Counted from the first letter of the stretch, positions 26,751 through 37,276 are shown. The stretch is DNA of 64,000 nucleotides from a virus (IMGVR_UViG_3300034418_012856:19838-83837), one strand, 5' to 3'. The notes: generated by a model not told the origin, from the sequence alone. Program-made: numbers and translations.

Positions 26751-28472
26751 ATGAAACTAATCAACGAAGCAGAAATCTTCGAAACCTGGTCTCCTATCAT
26801 CGAGCAGAAGGCTGGAATTCAAGATGCTGAGAAAAAGGGATGGTTGAGCAAGTACTGCCACTACCATTCATTAAACGAGTCTGCTGGAGCTTACCAGTCT
26901 CTAGCAACTGTAAACGGTATGGGTGCCGTACAACCACCCGCATACCCAGGTGGGTATAACTCAACTGGTGCAGCAGTAGGTACGCAAGCTAACTCAGCTT
27001 TCTATAACTCTGCTAACCAAGGTTCAGGAGATAAGTTTCCTTCACTTCTTCCTTTGGCAATTCAGGTTGCTGCGAAGACTGTTGGATTCGATATCGTTCC
27101 TGTAATTCCTATGTCAGGTCCTACTGGCGTACTTTCTTACCTAGATTACGTATACTCAGGTGGTAAAATCAGCCCTAACGCTGCTGGTTCTACTGCTGCA
27201 GATGCTCTTGCAACTGCTCCATCGATGATCAAAGTACAGATCACTTCTTACACCGCAGGATATCCTGATAGTTTTGCAGTAGGTACTACTTACTACATCA
27301 CTAAGGCTACTTCAGCTGGTGCTTACATCACCACTGAATTCGTTGGTCTATCAAGAATTGATGGTTACCCAATCTTCAGAATCACAGGCCTAACCGCAGG
27401 TGAAACTGTCTCTGACGTTCTTGATGGTGGTGCAGCTAAAGTTGGTACTACAGTAAACGGTACTGAAGCTGGTACTACAACTGCAAGAGCAGAATTGGTT
27501 AAAGCTCTTGAGGATCACATCCAAGGATTCTCTGGTGCTGGTTTCAACAACGACCAAGACTGGCAAGGACCATTCGTAGATGGTACTAAGACTTACAACC
27601 CAATGCTAAGAGGTGTTGGTGAGAGCACTTACTACCAATCAATGGGTCTTTCAACGTTCACTAAGTTCGTTGAAGCTGATACTTTCCAAGTAGCTGCTTC
27701 AGTAACTACTGAGCAAATCCAAGACTTGAACAAGCAGTTTGGTATCGACGTTATCTCAATGATCGAAAATGCATTGGTTAATGAAGTATCACAAGCTATT
27801 AACAAGCACATCCTTTCTAGAGCATTCGCACTTGGTTGGTCTAACCACAGCGAGTTCTTAACTACAGAAGGTCAGAACTTGAACCTAAACCTCGTTATCG
27901 GTGGTACTGCAGGTTCTTACACTATTCCTTCTTACGTAGGTAAGTCTGACTCGGGTATCGCTATTGCTTCTGTTGCAGGCCCTGCATCAGGAACTTACGA
28001 GAACTTGTCAACTCTACAGAGAAGACTATTCTCTAGAATCTTAGCTTCTGCTAACGTAGTAGCTAACAGAGGAAGAAGAGGTCCTGCTAACTTCATCGTT
28101 ACTAACGCTAACGTTGCAAGTGCATTGCAAGACATCTCTCAGTTCACTTTTGCTCCTTTCTCTAACACTCTTACTCAAAACAACGGAACACTTTACCCAG
28201 TAGGTTCGCTTGCAGGTATGACCGTTTATGTTGATCAGAACATGAAGTTCGGTGATAACAGAGTACTAGTTGGAAGAAAAGGTGGTGACGACGAACCAGG
28301 ACTTAAGTTCATGCCTTACATGATGGCTGAGTCTATCCAAACAATCTCTGAAGGTACAATGTCACCTAAGATTGCGGTTAAATCTCGTTACGCTCTAGTA
28401 GAAGCTGGTTTCCACCCAGAAACTATGTACTTCTGTTTCCACGTGAACGTTCCTGCTGGAGGTCTATCCTAA
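26751..28472 (+). CDS. gp23: Major capsid protein
   Basis: PMSGPTG, TEQIQDL...GID, L.NE....INK.I, RRGPANFIV, G.LAGM.VYVD, FMPY, KSRYAL. Confidence 0.93.
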   Translation: MKLINEAEIFETWSPIIEQKAGIQDAEKKGWLSKYCHYHSLNESAGAYQSLATVNGMGAVQPPAYPGGYNSTGAAVGTQANSAFYNSANQGSGDKFPSLLPLAIQVAAKTVGFDIVPVIPMSGPTGVLSYLDYVYSGGKISPNAAGSTAADALATAPSMIKVQITSYTAGYPDSFAVGTTYYITKATSAGAYITTEFVGLSRIDGYPIFRITGLTAGETVSDVLDGGAAKVGTTVNGTEAGTTTARAELVKALEDHIQGFSGAGFNNDQDWQGPFVDGTKTYNPMLRGVGESTYYQSMGLSTFTKFVEADTFQVAASVTTEQIQDLNKQFGIDVISMIENALVNEVSQAINKHILSRAFALGWSNHSEFLTTEGQNLNLNLVIGGTAGSYTIPSYVGKSDSGIAIASVAGPASGTYENLSTLQRRLFSRILASANVVANRGRRGPANFIVTNANVASALQDISQFTFAPFSNTLTQNNGTLYPVGSLAGMTVYVDQNMKFGDNRVLVGRKGGDDEPGLKFMPYMMAESIQTISEGTMSPKIAVKSRYALVEAGFHPETMYFCFHVNVPAGGLS

Positions 28473-28497
28473 TCAGTAGTTAGTACACACTAATACT

Positions 28498-28527
28498 AAA
28501 CCCCAGGTTTTTGCCTGGGGTTTTTTT
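28498..28527 (+). terminator. Intrinsic terminator after the capsid gene
   Basis: AAACCCCAGG-loop-CCTGGGG followed by T7. Confidence 0.9.
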
Positions 28528-28537
28528 ATTGCCAGGG

Positions 28538-28545
28538 GATATATA
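28538..28545 (+). promoter_or_regulatory. Putative late promoter GATATATA
   Basis: Restarts transcription right after the terminator; 22 nt before 28568. Confidence 0.75.
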
Positions 28546-28567
28546 GTATAAATGTGGTCGTTGCATA

Positions 28568-29668
28568 ATGAGTAGAATTAAATCACATAAGCAATTTTTA
28601 ATAGAGAGAGATCTTTCACAAGAGGTTGATCAGGTTATTCTTGCTGAGATGTTCTTAGAATATTACAATATTAATGAGGGTAAGGCTTTGGATACCCTCA
28701 AAAATAGTGTATCTAAAGCTCTATTAGGACCTTTCTCAAGATTGTCTGTTATTGATACAATTAGGAAGGGAAATTTAGATATTCAAAAAGAAATCATAAC
28801 TAAGCAATATGATGTTGAGGATGAAGTTCTTGATCTAGAAGGTAAAATAGATGACCTAAGGAGCAAAGGAGCTTCAAGAAATGATATTGCTAGAATACGT
28901 ACCCAAATCGAGAGGAAGAACAAGGAATTCCGATCTTTCGTTAAGATGAAAAGGGAACAGATGAATAAAGGAATGAAACTCCTGGAAAAAACCGTTGGTA
29001 AAAATCCTAGAAGAAAGGAATATTACGAGGCAGGTTTTATCGATGATAAGTATGACCTTGCTAAATTTGAATATGAGTTAGCTCAAAAGAAATCCAGTGA
29101 CCAAGATAGTATTAAAAAGCTTAAATCCGATTTAGATTCAGCTTCAAAGAAAGCCGAATCTTTTGTCTCTAAAACAAAGGATTCCTCCAAGAGGGAAGCA
29201 ACTATAAAGGATTCTGATCTTGGAGATCTTGCAAAGATTAGAAAAAATGTTGGATCTAAGGACCTTAATGTCGTTGTTTCCTTGAGAGAGAAATCAAGGG
29301 AAAAGATAAAGGATTTAAAATCTAGCATGCAAAAGGTACTTTCGGATCTTAAGTCTTTTATGTCGAAGTCTCCTTCCTACGATGAGGTTCAGAAGTCTGG
29401 AAAAATATCTAAGGGAATTAAAGATCTAGAGGAAAGTGCTAACGAGCTAGACTCTTTGGAAAATTTAGCATCTATTTATAGCAATGTAATTAGTAATAAG
29501 GGAAAGGATCTTTCCAATGAATCTTCTTTGACCTCCCTTTTTTCTAAAATTAATAATGCAATTAATGACGGAAACGATGCAGGGTCTGGAATAACCAAGG
29601 AGGTAATTGATCTTAAATCTGATATAACCCTTAAAAAGGTTGGTAATCTAATAAAAAAATTAGCCTAA
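28568..29668 (+). CDS. Putative internal head protein, Lys-rich coiled coil
   Basis: IKSHKQFLIE leader, INE site. Confidence 0.5.
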   Translation: MSRIKSHKQFLIERDLSQEVDQVILAEMFLEYYNINEGKALDTLKNSVSKALLGPFSRLSVIDTIRKGNLDIQKEIITKQYDVEDEVLDLEGKIDDLRSKGASRNDIARIRTQIERKNKEFRSFVKMKREQMNKGMKLLEKTVGKNPRRKEYYEAGFIDDKYDLAKFEYELAQKKSSDQDSIKKLKSDLDSASKKAESFVSKTKDSSKREATIKDSDLGDLAKIRKNVGSKDLNVVVSLREKSREKIKDLKSSMQKVLSDLKSFMSKSPSYDEVQKSGKISKGIKDLEESANELDSLENLASIYSNVISNKGKDLSNESSLTSLFSKINNAINDGNDAGSGITKEVIDLKSDITLKKVGNLIKKLA

Positions 29669-29669
29669 C

Positions 29670-30563
29670 ATGTTGTTAAGTTTTAAACAGTGGGAATCAC
29701 AAAACATAAATGAGAAAGACGGTGGTCTAGATAAGATCATGAATTGGCTTAGCTCCAACTTTGGTGGCACTATTTCTAAGATTGATTCATTACTTTCCGA
29801 TATTAATTCTATTGAAACCAAGTATTCAAAAGAATGGAATGATATACAAACTGATATAGATGCTTTGGAGGTTAAAAAAGCACAAACCAAAAGTGATCCT
29901 GCTGAAGCTAAAAAATTGGAAAGAATGATAGATAGGAATCAAAAACTCCTTTCAGCTTTAGGTAAAAAGAGAAAAGCTGATATTGATAAGATTGATTCCA
30001 AGGTTGAAAAACTTACCAAAGGAAAGCAAAGACTTATCTCCTACTGGAATTTGAAAAAATCTGAGCTCGAAGCTGATCTAGCCGAAAAACTTTATAAAAT
30101 GGCAAAAGACCTTACAGACGAGTCGATAGCTGACGATCTCTATGATAAGTATAAAAAAGCAGCCTTAGATGCTAAAAAGAAAGACGAAAGATTTAGAGAG
30201 AAGTTTGGAAAGCTTGACCTTGCAAAACCTTCTACCCTAAAGTCTGATGTGGAGGCTAGAGCTATTTCTGGTGCTAATTTTTCAATGGATCCTATATTTT
30301 CTATGAATGCACCTCAATTTACTAAATTTGTACAGGATCTGGAAAAAAGTCAAGTTGGTGCATTAATAAAAGCTATGCAATCTGAAAGAAATGAGAGGTA
30401 TGCTACTCTAGATACTGAAAGGGATAGATTGGAAGCTCAAGCTAAAAAGAAAGGTTTATCTGCAGAGAGCGTTAAAAAAGATATGTCAGATTTAAGAGAA
30501 ACCCTTATGAGACAGATAAGAGACCTAAGAACCAAAATAACAATTGCAAGAAGATATGCCTAA
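29670..30563 (+). CDS. Putative internal head protein, coiled coil
   Basis: LLSFKQW...INE leader. Confidence 0.5.
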   Translation: MLLSFKQWESQNINEKDGGLDKIMNWLSSNFGGTISKIDSLLSDINSIETKYSKEWNDIQTDIDALEVKKAQTKSDPAEAKKLERMIDRNQKLLSALGKKRKADIDKIDSKVEKLTKGKQRLISYWNLKKSELEADLAEKLYKMAKDLTDESIADDLYDKYKKAALDAKKKDERFREKFGKLDLAKPSTLKSDVEARAISGANFSMDPIFSMNAPQFTKFVQDLEKSQVGALIKAMQSERNERYATLDTERDRLEAQAKKKGLSAESVKKDMSDLRETLMRQIRDLRTKITIARRYA

Positions 30564-30825
30564 ACACATTAAGAAGCTTGACGAATTCCCAATTTTTGAG
30601 GGGGTTAATGAGGATCTGGTTAAGGCCAAAGCAGATGTTAATGCTAAGCAAGCTGAGATAGCTGAGGAAATAGCTAAACAGAAGGAAACCACAGACCTTA
30701 AGGAAAAAGCAGCAAGCATAAGAAACCAATCAAGATTGGTGGGTCAAATGCCAGCACTTTTAAATGCTTTAGCTAATGCAATGGATGCAAAAGCTGATTC
30801 AGGAGATACAACAAATATTTACTAA
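30556..30825 (+). CDS. Small putative internal head protein
   Basis: ATG 30556; HIKKLDEFPIFE leader. Confidence 0.5.
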   Translation: MPKHIKKLDEFPIFEGVNEDLVKAKADVNAKQAEIAEEIAKQKETTDLKEKAASIRNQSRLVGQMPALLNALANAMDAKADSGDTTNIY

Positions 30826-30828
30826 AAG

Positions 30829-33213
30829 ATGTCAAACAATTATCTTAGAAATAACCCGGTAGCTAACCAATTGTCCATAGATGCTTTTAAGCTCTATGAG
30901 AATAAAGATGTTGACGATGCTTTAAGAATATCAATCGACACGCTTTTAGCAGCATGTAAGAAGATTATATTCGATTTTGCTTCGGATCGAAATAGGACCT
31001 ACGAGTCTTTTGCAAAAAAGATAGAATCCATTGGCGATACTTCTACTGTTAAGGGCTTGATTGCAAATATCAAGGATGTTTGTGAGGATACTGAATTACA
31101 TGATTCTGTTCTTGCACCACTCAAAAAAGCTTACCTTGACTCTATCGATATGATAGGTGATGCAGTAAAGAGAATGATAGAGCTAGATCCTTCTCTTGAA
31201 TCAAAAGCTATCCAAAATTTTAAATCTGCTGGTAAAAAACTTGTTGAGAGTGTAAAAAGAACAGCGGACGAGTATCAGGAAAAGCTAAACGAGTCTAGTG
31301 AAATAGGGGTACCTGGTAGAGTTCATCGGTTAAAGAAAATATTGATTAACCACATTGTTGATTCTAAAGGAAAGGATGCAAAATCTGGATATGGGAGAGA
31401 TTGGCAAAGGTTGTTTACGACACTTGCACAAAAACTTTCTTCAATAAATAGCGATAAAGCTACTTTCTCTGATAACGATAGAAAAAACCTTGCAGAGCTT
31501 GAAAAAAAAGCTGATAATCTATCCCAGGAGTATGCTCAGTATAAAGTAAGAGCCGTAGAATCCTTGATGGGTAAACTGATGAAGGATGAAGATTTGGAAT
31601 CTAAATTTGGCGACTTCTTTGAGATTATGACCAATGCTTTGGATAAAGTAACGAAAGCAAATACCGAGGAAGGACTTATAGAGGTCAAAGTAAGGGAGGA
31701 TTTGGATGACAAGGAAACGAAAATGAATGATAGAGTGTTTCCACTAAAAATCGGTGACAAGGATAATGACACTAAGTTAAAGGGGTCAGGTCTTATTTCT
31801 TCTATCCAAAAAGCCCTTATCGATGCTTTTGTACCTATTAAGAATTTAATGGATCCTAGAGGTGGTGCTAATGGTAAGTATGAATCCGCTACAGAAGTTG
31901 CTGTGAAATCAATACAATCTACATTAGGAAATAAGGATGTGAATGGTAAGCTGGATAAACCTTTGCTTGATATAATTTTAAAGTTAGATCAGGTATCTAA
32001 AGAAAACAAAGAGGCCATTAAGGATTCTATTAGTCAACTAAGGGGATCTTATTCTTCGGTTAGAGAATCTAGTAATGCATTATCAGCTGCTGACTTTATG
32101 AGATTAATGGAGGCTATGACTTACATAGATCCAAACGAGATTGAGGTAAATATCAAAAATTATAGTCAGGAATTGGACGAGGATAACGATTCTGTATCAG
32201 AACCTACGACTTCCGATTACTCATTAGCAGAATCTCTAGCTAAACTTTTAAGGACCAAAGACTATAATAAGAATGCTGAAGCCGAAGATTTCCTGAAGGA
32301 AGACGGAACTCTGAAGGGATCTTGTCCCCATGATTATGTTGATTGTTGGACAAAGGCTGTTTCTGGAGATAAACCAGTTTCTTTTTTTGTAATGGTTGAC
32401 GATAATGATAATTGCTCGCTTTTCCCAACAAAGAGGATTTCTGGTAGTGTAAACAAGCCTTGTAATTGGAAAAGATATAAAGCCATTACTGGTGATGATA
32501 TTGATGATGTCCACAAATTTGGAAATTGGTACACTTCATATTGGAAAAATTTCGGCGGTGTTGGTTCAGATATAAAGGCTAAAGTTTTGGACGAAGTAAT
32601 GTCGTCCAATTGTAAATTGGCAAAAGAGGAAGGATTGAACGATGTTGCTTCTATCTACGAAGAATTGGAAAGTGCATTTATACCCAACAAGGAAGAAGTT
32701 TCAGGGGGGTATATTAGGCCAAATTCTATGAGATCTTTGGTATCAAGCATCAAAGGTATGATTGGAAATGATGGTATATCTAATCTTAGTCCTGGGGAAC
32801 TCAGATCCCTTTATAATACTGTAATTGTTTGTTCACCCTTGATTACTTATAATAGAGAAAAAGATGAATGGGTCCCTGCAATAAAAATGCTATGTAACTC
32901 TCTGGATATTACTGAGGATGACCTTGTTTCTGAAATTAGGAAGAATTCTTCTCTTGGAAAAAGAGGTAAAATGTCAACTGAGAAGGTAGCTTTATTCGAC
33001 ACTAATTCTGGTGATAATGAAATTCTTAAGTCTACTATTATCGGGAGCACAGAGGATGCTGAGAAAGTTAATAATATGAAGCAAAGTCTTGGTAAGATTA
33101 AACCAATTCTAAAGAGCCTTTCTAAACACTGTAAAAGAATAGGTGTGAATGTAATTGATGACATTACTCCTGATATCTCAGACTCCATGGTCGTTATTAC
33201 TAAGGAGGGATAA
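30829..33213 (+). CDS. Large putative virion protein with peptidoglycan-binding-like domain
   Basis: PLKIGD..IQKAL...NGKY..ATEVAVKSIQ..LG..VNGKL resembles PG_binding_1. Confidence 0.5.
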   Translation: MSNNYLRNNPVANQLSIDAFKLYENKDVDDALRISIDTLLAACKKIIFDFASDRNRTYESFAKKIESIGDTSTVKGLIANIKDVCEDTELHDSVLAPLKKAYLDSIDMIGDAVKRMIELDPSLESKAIQNFKSAGKKLVESVKRTADEYQEKLNESSEIGVPGRVHRLKKILINHIVDSKGKDAKSGYGRDWQRLFTTLAQKLSSINSDKATFSDNDRKNLAELEKKADNLSQEYAQYKVRAVESLMGKLMKDEDLESKFGDFFEIMTNALDKVTKANTEEGLIEVKVREDLDDKETKMNDRVFPLKIGDKDNDTKLKGSGLISSIQKALIDAFVPIKNLMDPRGGANGKYESATEVAVKSIQSTLGNKDVNGKLDKPLLDIILKLDQVSKENKEAIKDSISQLRGSYSSVRESSNALSAADFMRLMEAMTYIDPNEIEVNIKNYSQELDEDNDSVSEPTTSDYSLAESLAKLLRTKDYNKNAEAEDFLKEDGTLKGSCPHDYVDCWTKAVSGDKPVSFFVMVDDNDNCSLFPTKRISGSVNKPCNWKRYKAITGDDIDDVHKFGNWYTSYWKNFGGVGSDIKAKVLDEVMSSNCKLAKEEGLNDVASIYEELESAFIPNKEEVSGGYIRPNSMRSLVSSIKGMIGNDGISNLSPGELRSLYNTVIVCSPLITYNREKDEWVPAIKMLCNSLDITEDDLVSEIRKNSSLGKRGKMSTEKVALFDTNSGDNEILKSTIIGSTEDAEKVNNMKQSLGKIKPILKSLSKHCKRIGVNVIDDITPDISDSMVVITKEG

Positions 33214-33217
33214 TCTA

Positions 33218-33246
33218 GAAACTTATCCCTTCCTTTTTCCTATAAT
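33218..33246 (+). promoter_or_regulatory. Putative GAAAC-N18-TATAAT promoter
   Basis: Upstream of the GT-kinase-AsnB cluster. Confidence 0.55.
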
Positions 33247-33265
33247 TCACTGAAATATAACTTGG

Positions 33266-34201
33266 GTGGATCAAAGTGCTAAATTTTATTTTTTGACCTT
33301 TTGTAGTCTGGGTGCTCCCCACGACTCTGGACGTGATTTGAGTAGCAATATTTCCAATCTTAAATCATTACTTTCCTCTTATTTTGATGAAATAATTGTT
33401 TATAGCCCTTCATCCCTAAAGGAATGTGAGGGAAGTGAGGATTTCTGTAATGTGCTTGAAGGTGTGTTTCCTCTAAATCCTGGGATAAATGCTAACGGAT
33501 GTGGTGATTTTAAGTCATTTATTATAAATAAGACCTTGTCTGAGATGTCCGATGGAGATATTCTTTTCTACCATGATTGTAACTTTGAAAAATATCCTCA
33601 GTACTGGCAGACTGATTGGGGATTTCTAAGAGATTCGGTAGAGCTTTTGCTGCGTGAAAATAATTCAGATATATTCATTCCTTTTGAAAGCGAAGCCTTT
33701 GGTAAAATCCCGAAGGTTAGAATGCATGGAAAGAGATATACAACCGATGCAATTATAAAAGATCCAGTCGAATCTGATATAGTCTCTAGATGTTGGGAGA
33801 TAGCTTCTAACCGAATGATGATACGGAATAGTCAATTTTCAAGAGATTTCTTTGCTGAATACAAGGAATTGTGTGGGAGAAAAGATTTGCTTATGAAGTA
33901 CCCAAACCCTAACCCGTATCCACAATTTACACACAGCTGTCCAGAACAGCACGTTCTAAATTGCCTTATTTATAAGTACATCTTAGATGGAAAGTTAGAT
34001 CCAAGATTTCCAAGATTTTCTTTCCCGAACAGAAAATTTGTCTTAAATTCTGATGTTGAAGTAAGAGTTAACTCTGAATTGTCGAAATATATGCAAACCA
34101 AGTCGATAAAAGAGTTTGAAAGAAGAAAAGCATTTAATGGGATCAAAGATCAAGATATTCGAGGGACCAAGGAATTCAGGCAAGACCTTTTTAGCACGTA
34201 A
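33266..34201 (+). CDS. Putative GT-A fold glycosyltransferase
   Basis: FK.FII.KTL..M.DGDILFYHD and H..PEQ.VLN.L motifs. Confidence 0.5.
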   Translation: MDQSAKFYFLTFCSLGAPHDSGRDLSSNISNLKSLLSSYFDEIIVYSPSSLKECEGSEDFCNVLEGVFPLNPGINANGCGDFKSFIINKTLSEMSDGDILFYHDCNFEKYPQYWQTDWGFLRDSVELLLRENNSDIFIPFESEAFGKIPKVRMHGKRYTTDAIIKDPVESDIVSRCWEIASNRMMIRNSQFSRDFFAEYKELCGRKDLLMKYPNPNPYPQFTHSCPEQHVLNCLIYKYILDGKLDPRFPRFSFPNRKFVLNSDVEVRVNSELSKYMQTKSIKEFERRKAFNGIKDQDIRGTKEFRQDLFST

Positions 34202-34685
34202 ATATTCTGAGGTACACAACATTCCGATATTTAAGTTTGATTTTGTTGGTTGGTTCAACAGGCTTTCCTTGGATGACCAATCTCACGAGACACATAGCTT
34301 TGCTCTAGGTAAAGAGCTAATGTTATTGCAATTGTGTCGGGACGGGTTACTACCTCCTTTTATATTAGATCGTGGATTTCTAACAGTTCTTACTTGGGGA
34401 ATACTTTCTGGTCGTATTACCGAAGATGAAGCAATAAATCAATTAAAGATGATTGCTGAAGAGGGATTGCTTAAAGATTGTGAAATCTATTTTGTTACCG
34501 GTGATAATCCGAACAAAGAAGATAGAAACAAGGATAACTGGGATTTTCGGGATGGAGATTCAAAGGAACAAGAGATCATGGAAAATCTGAGGGATTATGT
34601 TATGAATCAGCCATATAATGTTTATGTCCATCGGATATTCAACAGCTTTAATAATAAAACAGTAAACGACTTAAGACATATCTAA
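34137..34685 (+). CDS. P-loop nucleoside monophosphate kinase (thymidylate kinase-like)
   Basis: IFEGPRNSGKT, ILDRG; ATG 34137. Confidence 0.7.
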   Translation: MGSKIKIFEGPRNSGKTFLARKYSEVHNIPIFKFDFVGWFNRLSLDDQSHETHSFALGKELMLLQLCRDGLLPPFILDRGFLTVLTWGILSGRITEDEAINQLKMIAEEGLLKDCEIYFVTGDNPNKEDRNKDNWDFRDGDSKEQEIMENLRDYVMNQPYNVYVHRIFNSFNNKTVNDLRHI

Positions 34686-36086
34686 ATGTGCGGGATAGTA
34701 ATCACAAAAACACCAGGTGAAGAAATACTGGATACCATAAAACATCGTGGTATTGAAAAAACCGTTGTTGAAAAAAACGGGCTTAGTATTTGTCACCACA
34801 GGCTTCCAATCCAGACAGTTGATGGTGATGATTGGAATCAACCAATAGAGATAGCAGATGGCATCTATTTGCTTTTTAACGGGGAGATTTTTAATTATGA
34901 CCGTGAAAGATTCGATTCCGACGTAGAATATCTCACTAATATTTTTGGTAGGTATCGAGGTGGGAGCTTTGAAATGTTTTGTTCTTTGTTTATACCAGAA
35001 ATCCAAACTTGGGATGGATTTTGGGCTATTACAATATATGATGCAAACACTAATGATGTTATTGCTTTTACGGACCCTCTGGGACGTAAATGTCTTTATT
35101 ATAATTCCCTTGGTGATATTGCTTCAGAGATAAAACCTCTTGTGTATGAAAATTCCCAGATAGATGAGACTTTTATCAGCACGGTAAGAAAATGGGGATA
35201 TAACACAGATGAAAGGACACCATATAGTGATATTAAAAGAATACTCCCAAATAACATATACAGTTTTAATTTAGATGCACCTGAATTTAAGAATGTGTAT
35301 AGCACCTATTATAAAGGCTTCGATTTCCCAATCCAGGAATTAGTTGGTAAAAGTTACGAAGAGCATATGGAGTGGCTTTGGTCTAAAATGTTCGAATCTG
35401 TGAGAAACCGATTGGTTTCTAAGGATTATCCTATTTCTCTTCTTATTTCCGGGGGACTGGACTCATCTATTATTGCATCAGTTTTGAATGAAATTGGAGT
35501 TGATGTTAGATGGTTTAGCATTGAAAATGGTGAAAAAGAGTTTGTAGATATTCTCTCTGAAAGACTTGGTAAGGAGGTTTCCTTTTTGGACTATAACATG
35601 GATGAATCTATGAATGAGGAGATTTACAAAAAATGGAACGAATCTCCAATAGACCTTGGATCTGTTATACCCCAGTATCATTTGTTTGATGCTGTTAAGA
35701 GGTTTGGGGGTTATAGGATAGTTCTTTCTGGCGATGGTGCGGATGAGCTTTTTGGTGGATATAAAAGAATCCACGAATATGATTCACAAAAGTCGGATGT
35801 ATTTGATGAGCTAACTTACTATCATTTACCAAGATTGGATAAGATGTCTATGGCTCACACTTTGGAACTTAGGAGTCCTTTTTTGAATTTGGATCTTGTA
35901 AGATTTGCTTTGCATTTGCCTAAAGAATGGAGAACTGATAAGAAAATACTTAAGGACACTTTTTCACCACTGCTTCCTGAAGAAATAGTTAACAGAAAAA
36001 AAGCTCCTCTTAAAAACCCTAAGATCAAGCAGGATAAAATTGCTTACCGTTATAAGGCAGTGGATCTTTTCTTAAGGAATAGATAA
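34686..36086 (+). CDS. asnB: Asparagine synthase-like glutamine amidotransferase
   Basis: MCGI, HRG, FNGEIFNY, SGGLDSS, SGDGADELFGGY, RLDKMSMAH.LELRSPFL. Confidence 0.9.
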   Translation: MCGIVITKTPGEEILDTIKHRGIEKTVVEKNGLSICHHRLPIQTVDGDDWNQPIEIADGIYLLFNGEIFNYDRERFDSDVEYLTNIFGRYRGGSFEMFCSLFIPEIQTWDGFWAITIYDANTNDVIAFTDPLGRKCLYYNSLGDIASEIKPLVYENSQIDETFISTVRKWGYNTDERTPYSDIKRILPNNIYSFNLDAPEFKNVYSTYYKGFDFPIQELVGKSYEEHMEWLWSKMFESVRNRLVSKDYPISLLISGGLDSSIIASVLNEIGVDVRWFSIENGEKEFVDILSERLGKEVSFLDYNMDESMNEEIYKKWNESPIDLGSVIPQYHLFDAVKRFGGYRIVLSGDGADELFGGYKRIHEYDSQKSDVFDELTYYHLPRLDKMSMAHTLELRSPFLNLDLVRFALHLPKEWRTDKKILKDTFSPLLPEEIVNRKKAPLKNPKIKQDKIAYRYKAVDLFLRNR

Positions 36087-36101
36087 ACTAGTCCAAGGAG
36101 C

Positions 36102-36109
36102 GATATATA
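36102..36109 (+). promoter_or_regulatory. Putative late promoter GATATATA
   Basis: 17 nt upstream of 36127. Confidence 0.7.
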
Positions 36110-36126
36110 AAGAAAAAAAGCTCCGA

Positions 36127-36807
36127 ATGGCAAATAATATTAAGTCCTTTGAGGATTTCAAATCAGAATCAGTAAATGAGAATTGGTTCAGTGACGGATT
36201 GAGTGGATTACTCGGTTATGCTGGTAATGCTTTCTCTGATGTTCTTAAAGGTAAAGCCTCTGCATACCTTTTAAGCTTTTTTGGAATTGGTGAACAATCT
36301 ATATTCAGCAAGCTTGTACAAAACTTTGTTGAACAAATACCAGTTGCTGATTTAACTAAAATTATTTTTGCTGGAAAGGCTAATTCAGCCTACCTTGCAC
36401 CCAAGATGGCGGATGCAACAATTGAATTCCTGACAGAAAAAGGATTGGATGGTATTGCTCAGGATCTTGGTATTGAGCAGGACGGGTGGATTTATAGAAC
36501 AATCTCTGAAATGCTTGCAAACCAGGCTAGAAGGGAGGACTTTAGAAATTCTTTAGAATCATTCTACTTACAGGCTTTCAATGGATTTGAGGGTGCTGCT
36601 GATAAGGATGATTTCATGAAGTCCCTTTCATCTACAGAAGAAAGAACTCTAAAGAGTGGAATTGATAGAGTGATAGATGTTAGAGACAAAGAGGTAGATA
36701 TGAATAAACCAGCAGGTGATCTAGTATCTGATTTTCTATCTGGTTTAGCCGGAAATGGACAATCCTTACAATCTTTGGGATTAAGCTCAGGAGGAACTAT
36801 ACAATAA
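36127..36807 (+). CDS. Putative internal head protein
   Basis: IKSFEDF..ESVNE leader. Confidence 0.55.
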   Translation: MANNIKSFEDFKSESVNENWFSDGLSGLLGYAGNAFSDVLKGKASAYLLSFFGIGEQSIFSKLVQNFVEQIPVADLTKIIFAGKANSAYLAPKMADATIEFLTEKGLDGIAQDLGIEQDGWIYRTISEMLANQARREDFRNSLESFYLQAFNGFEGAADKDDFMKSLSSTEERTLKSGIDRVIDVRDKEVDMNKPAGDLVSDFLSGLAGNGQSLQSLGLSSGGTIQ

Positions 36808-36819
36808 AAACTTTAGATC

Positions 36820-37185
36820 ATGAATATAAATGACGTTTCAAAGAGGGAAGTTTTAGACTTCGATCAATTTAAGAAAAAGGTGCACGACGAGACATTTAAG
36901 CCTTTTGCTGCCGAAAATCAGGAAGGTGGTGAGGGTAAAACTGGTTTGCACAAAATAAAGAGAGAACCTGCTTATGATTGGGTAGGTTATGCAGATGCAG
37001 TATTTAGTCCAGAGAAAGCTGGTATCGAGGTACCTGGATACAATGCTGATGGTGATAGGGAATATACTATAGCAAATGCTGGACCCTCTATAGTTAATGC
37101 ACCTAATTCATCTATTTCAGGGTTAGGAGAATCCGAAAAAGCTGTAAATGAATCTTTCTCAATAAAGAGATTGGGAGATTTCTAA
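36820..37185 (+). CDS. Putative internal head protein
   Basis: VLDFDQF near the N-terminus; VNESFSIKRLGDF at the C-terminus. Confidence 0.45.
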   Translation: MNINDVSKREVLDFDQFKKKVHDETFKPFAAENQEGGEGKTGLHKIKREPAYDWVGYADAVFSPEKAGIEVPGYNADGDREYTIANAGPSIVNAPNSSISGLGESEKAVNESFSIKRLGDF

Positions 37186-37210
37186 TAATTATCAAATTAA
37201 CTAATTCTTT

Positions 37211-37242
37211 AAGACAGGTTTCTAACGAAACTTGTCTTTTTT
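37211..37242 (+). terminator. Intrinsic terminator overlapping a GAAAC-N17-TATAAA promoter (37227-37254)
   Basis: AAGACAGGTTTC-TAAC-GAAACTTGTCTT followed by a T run. Confidence 0.75.
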
Positions 37243-37276
37243 GTGTACTATAAAAAGAAAAGATTAGAATAGCATA

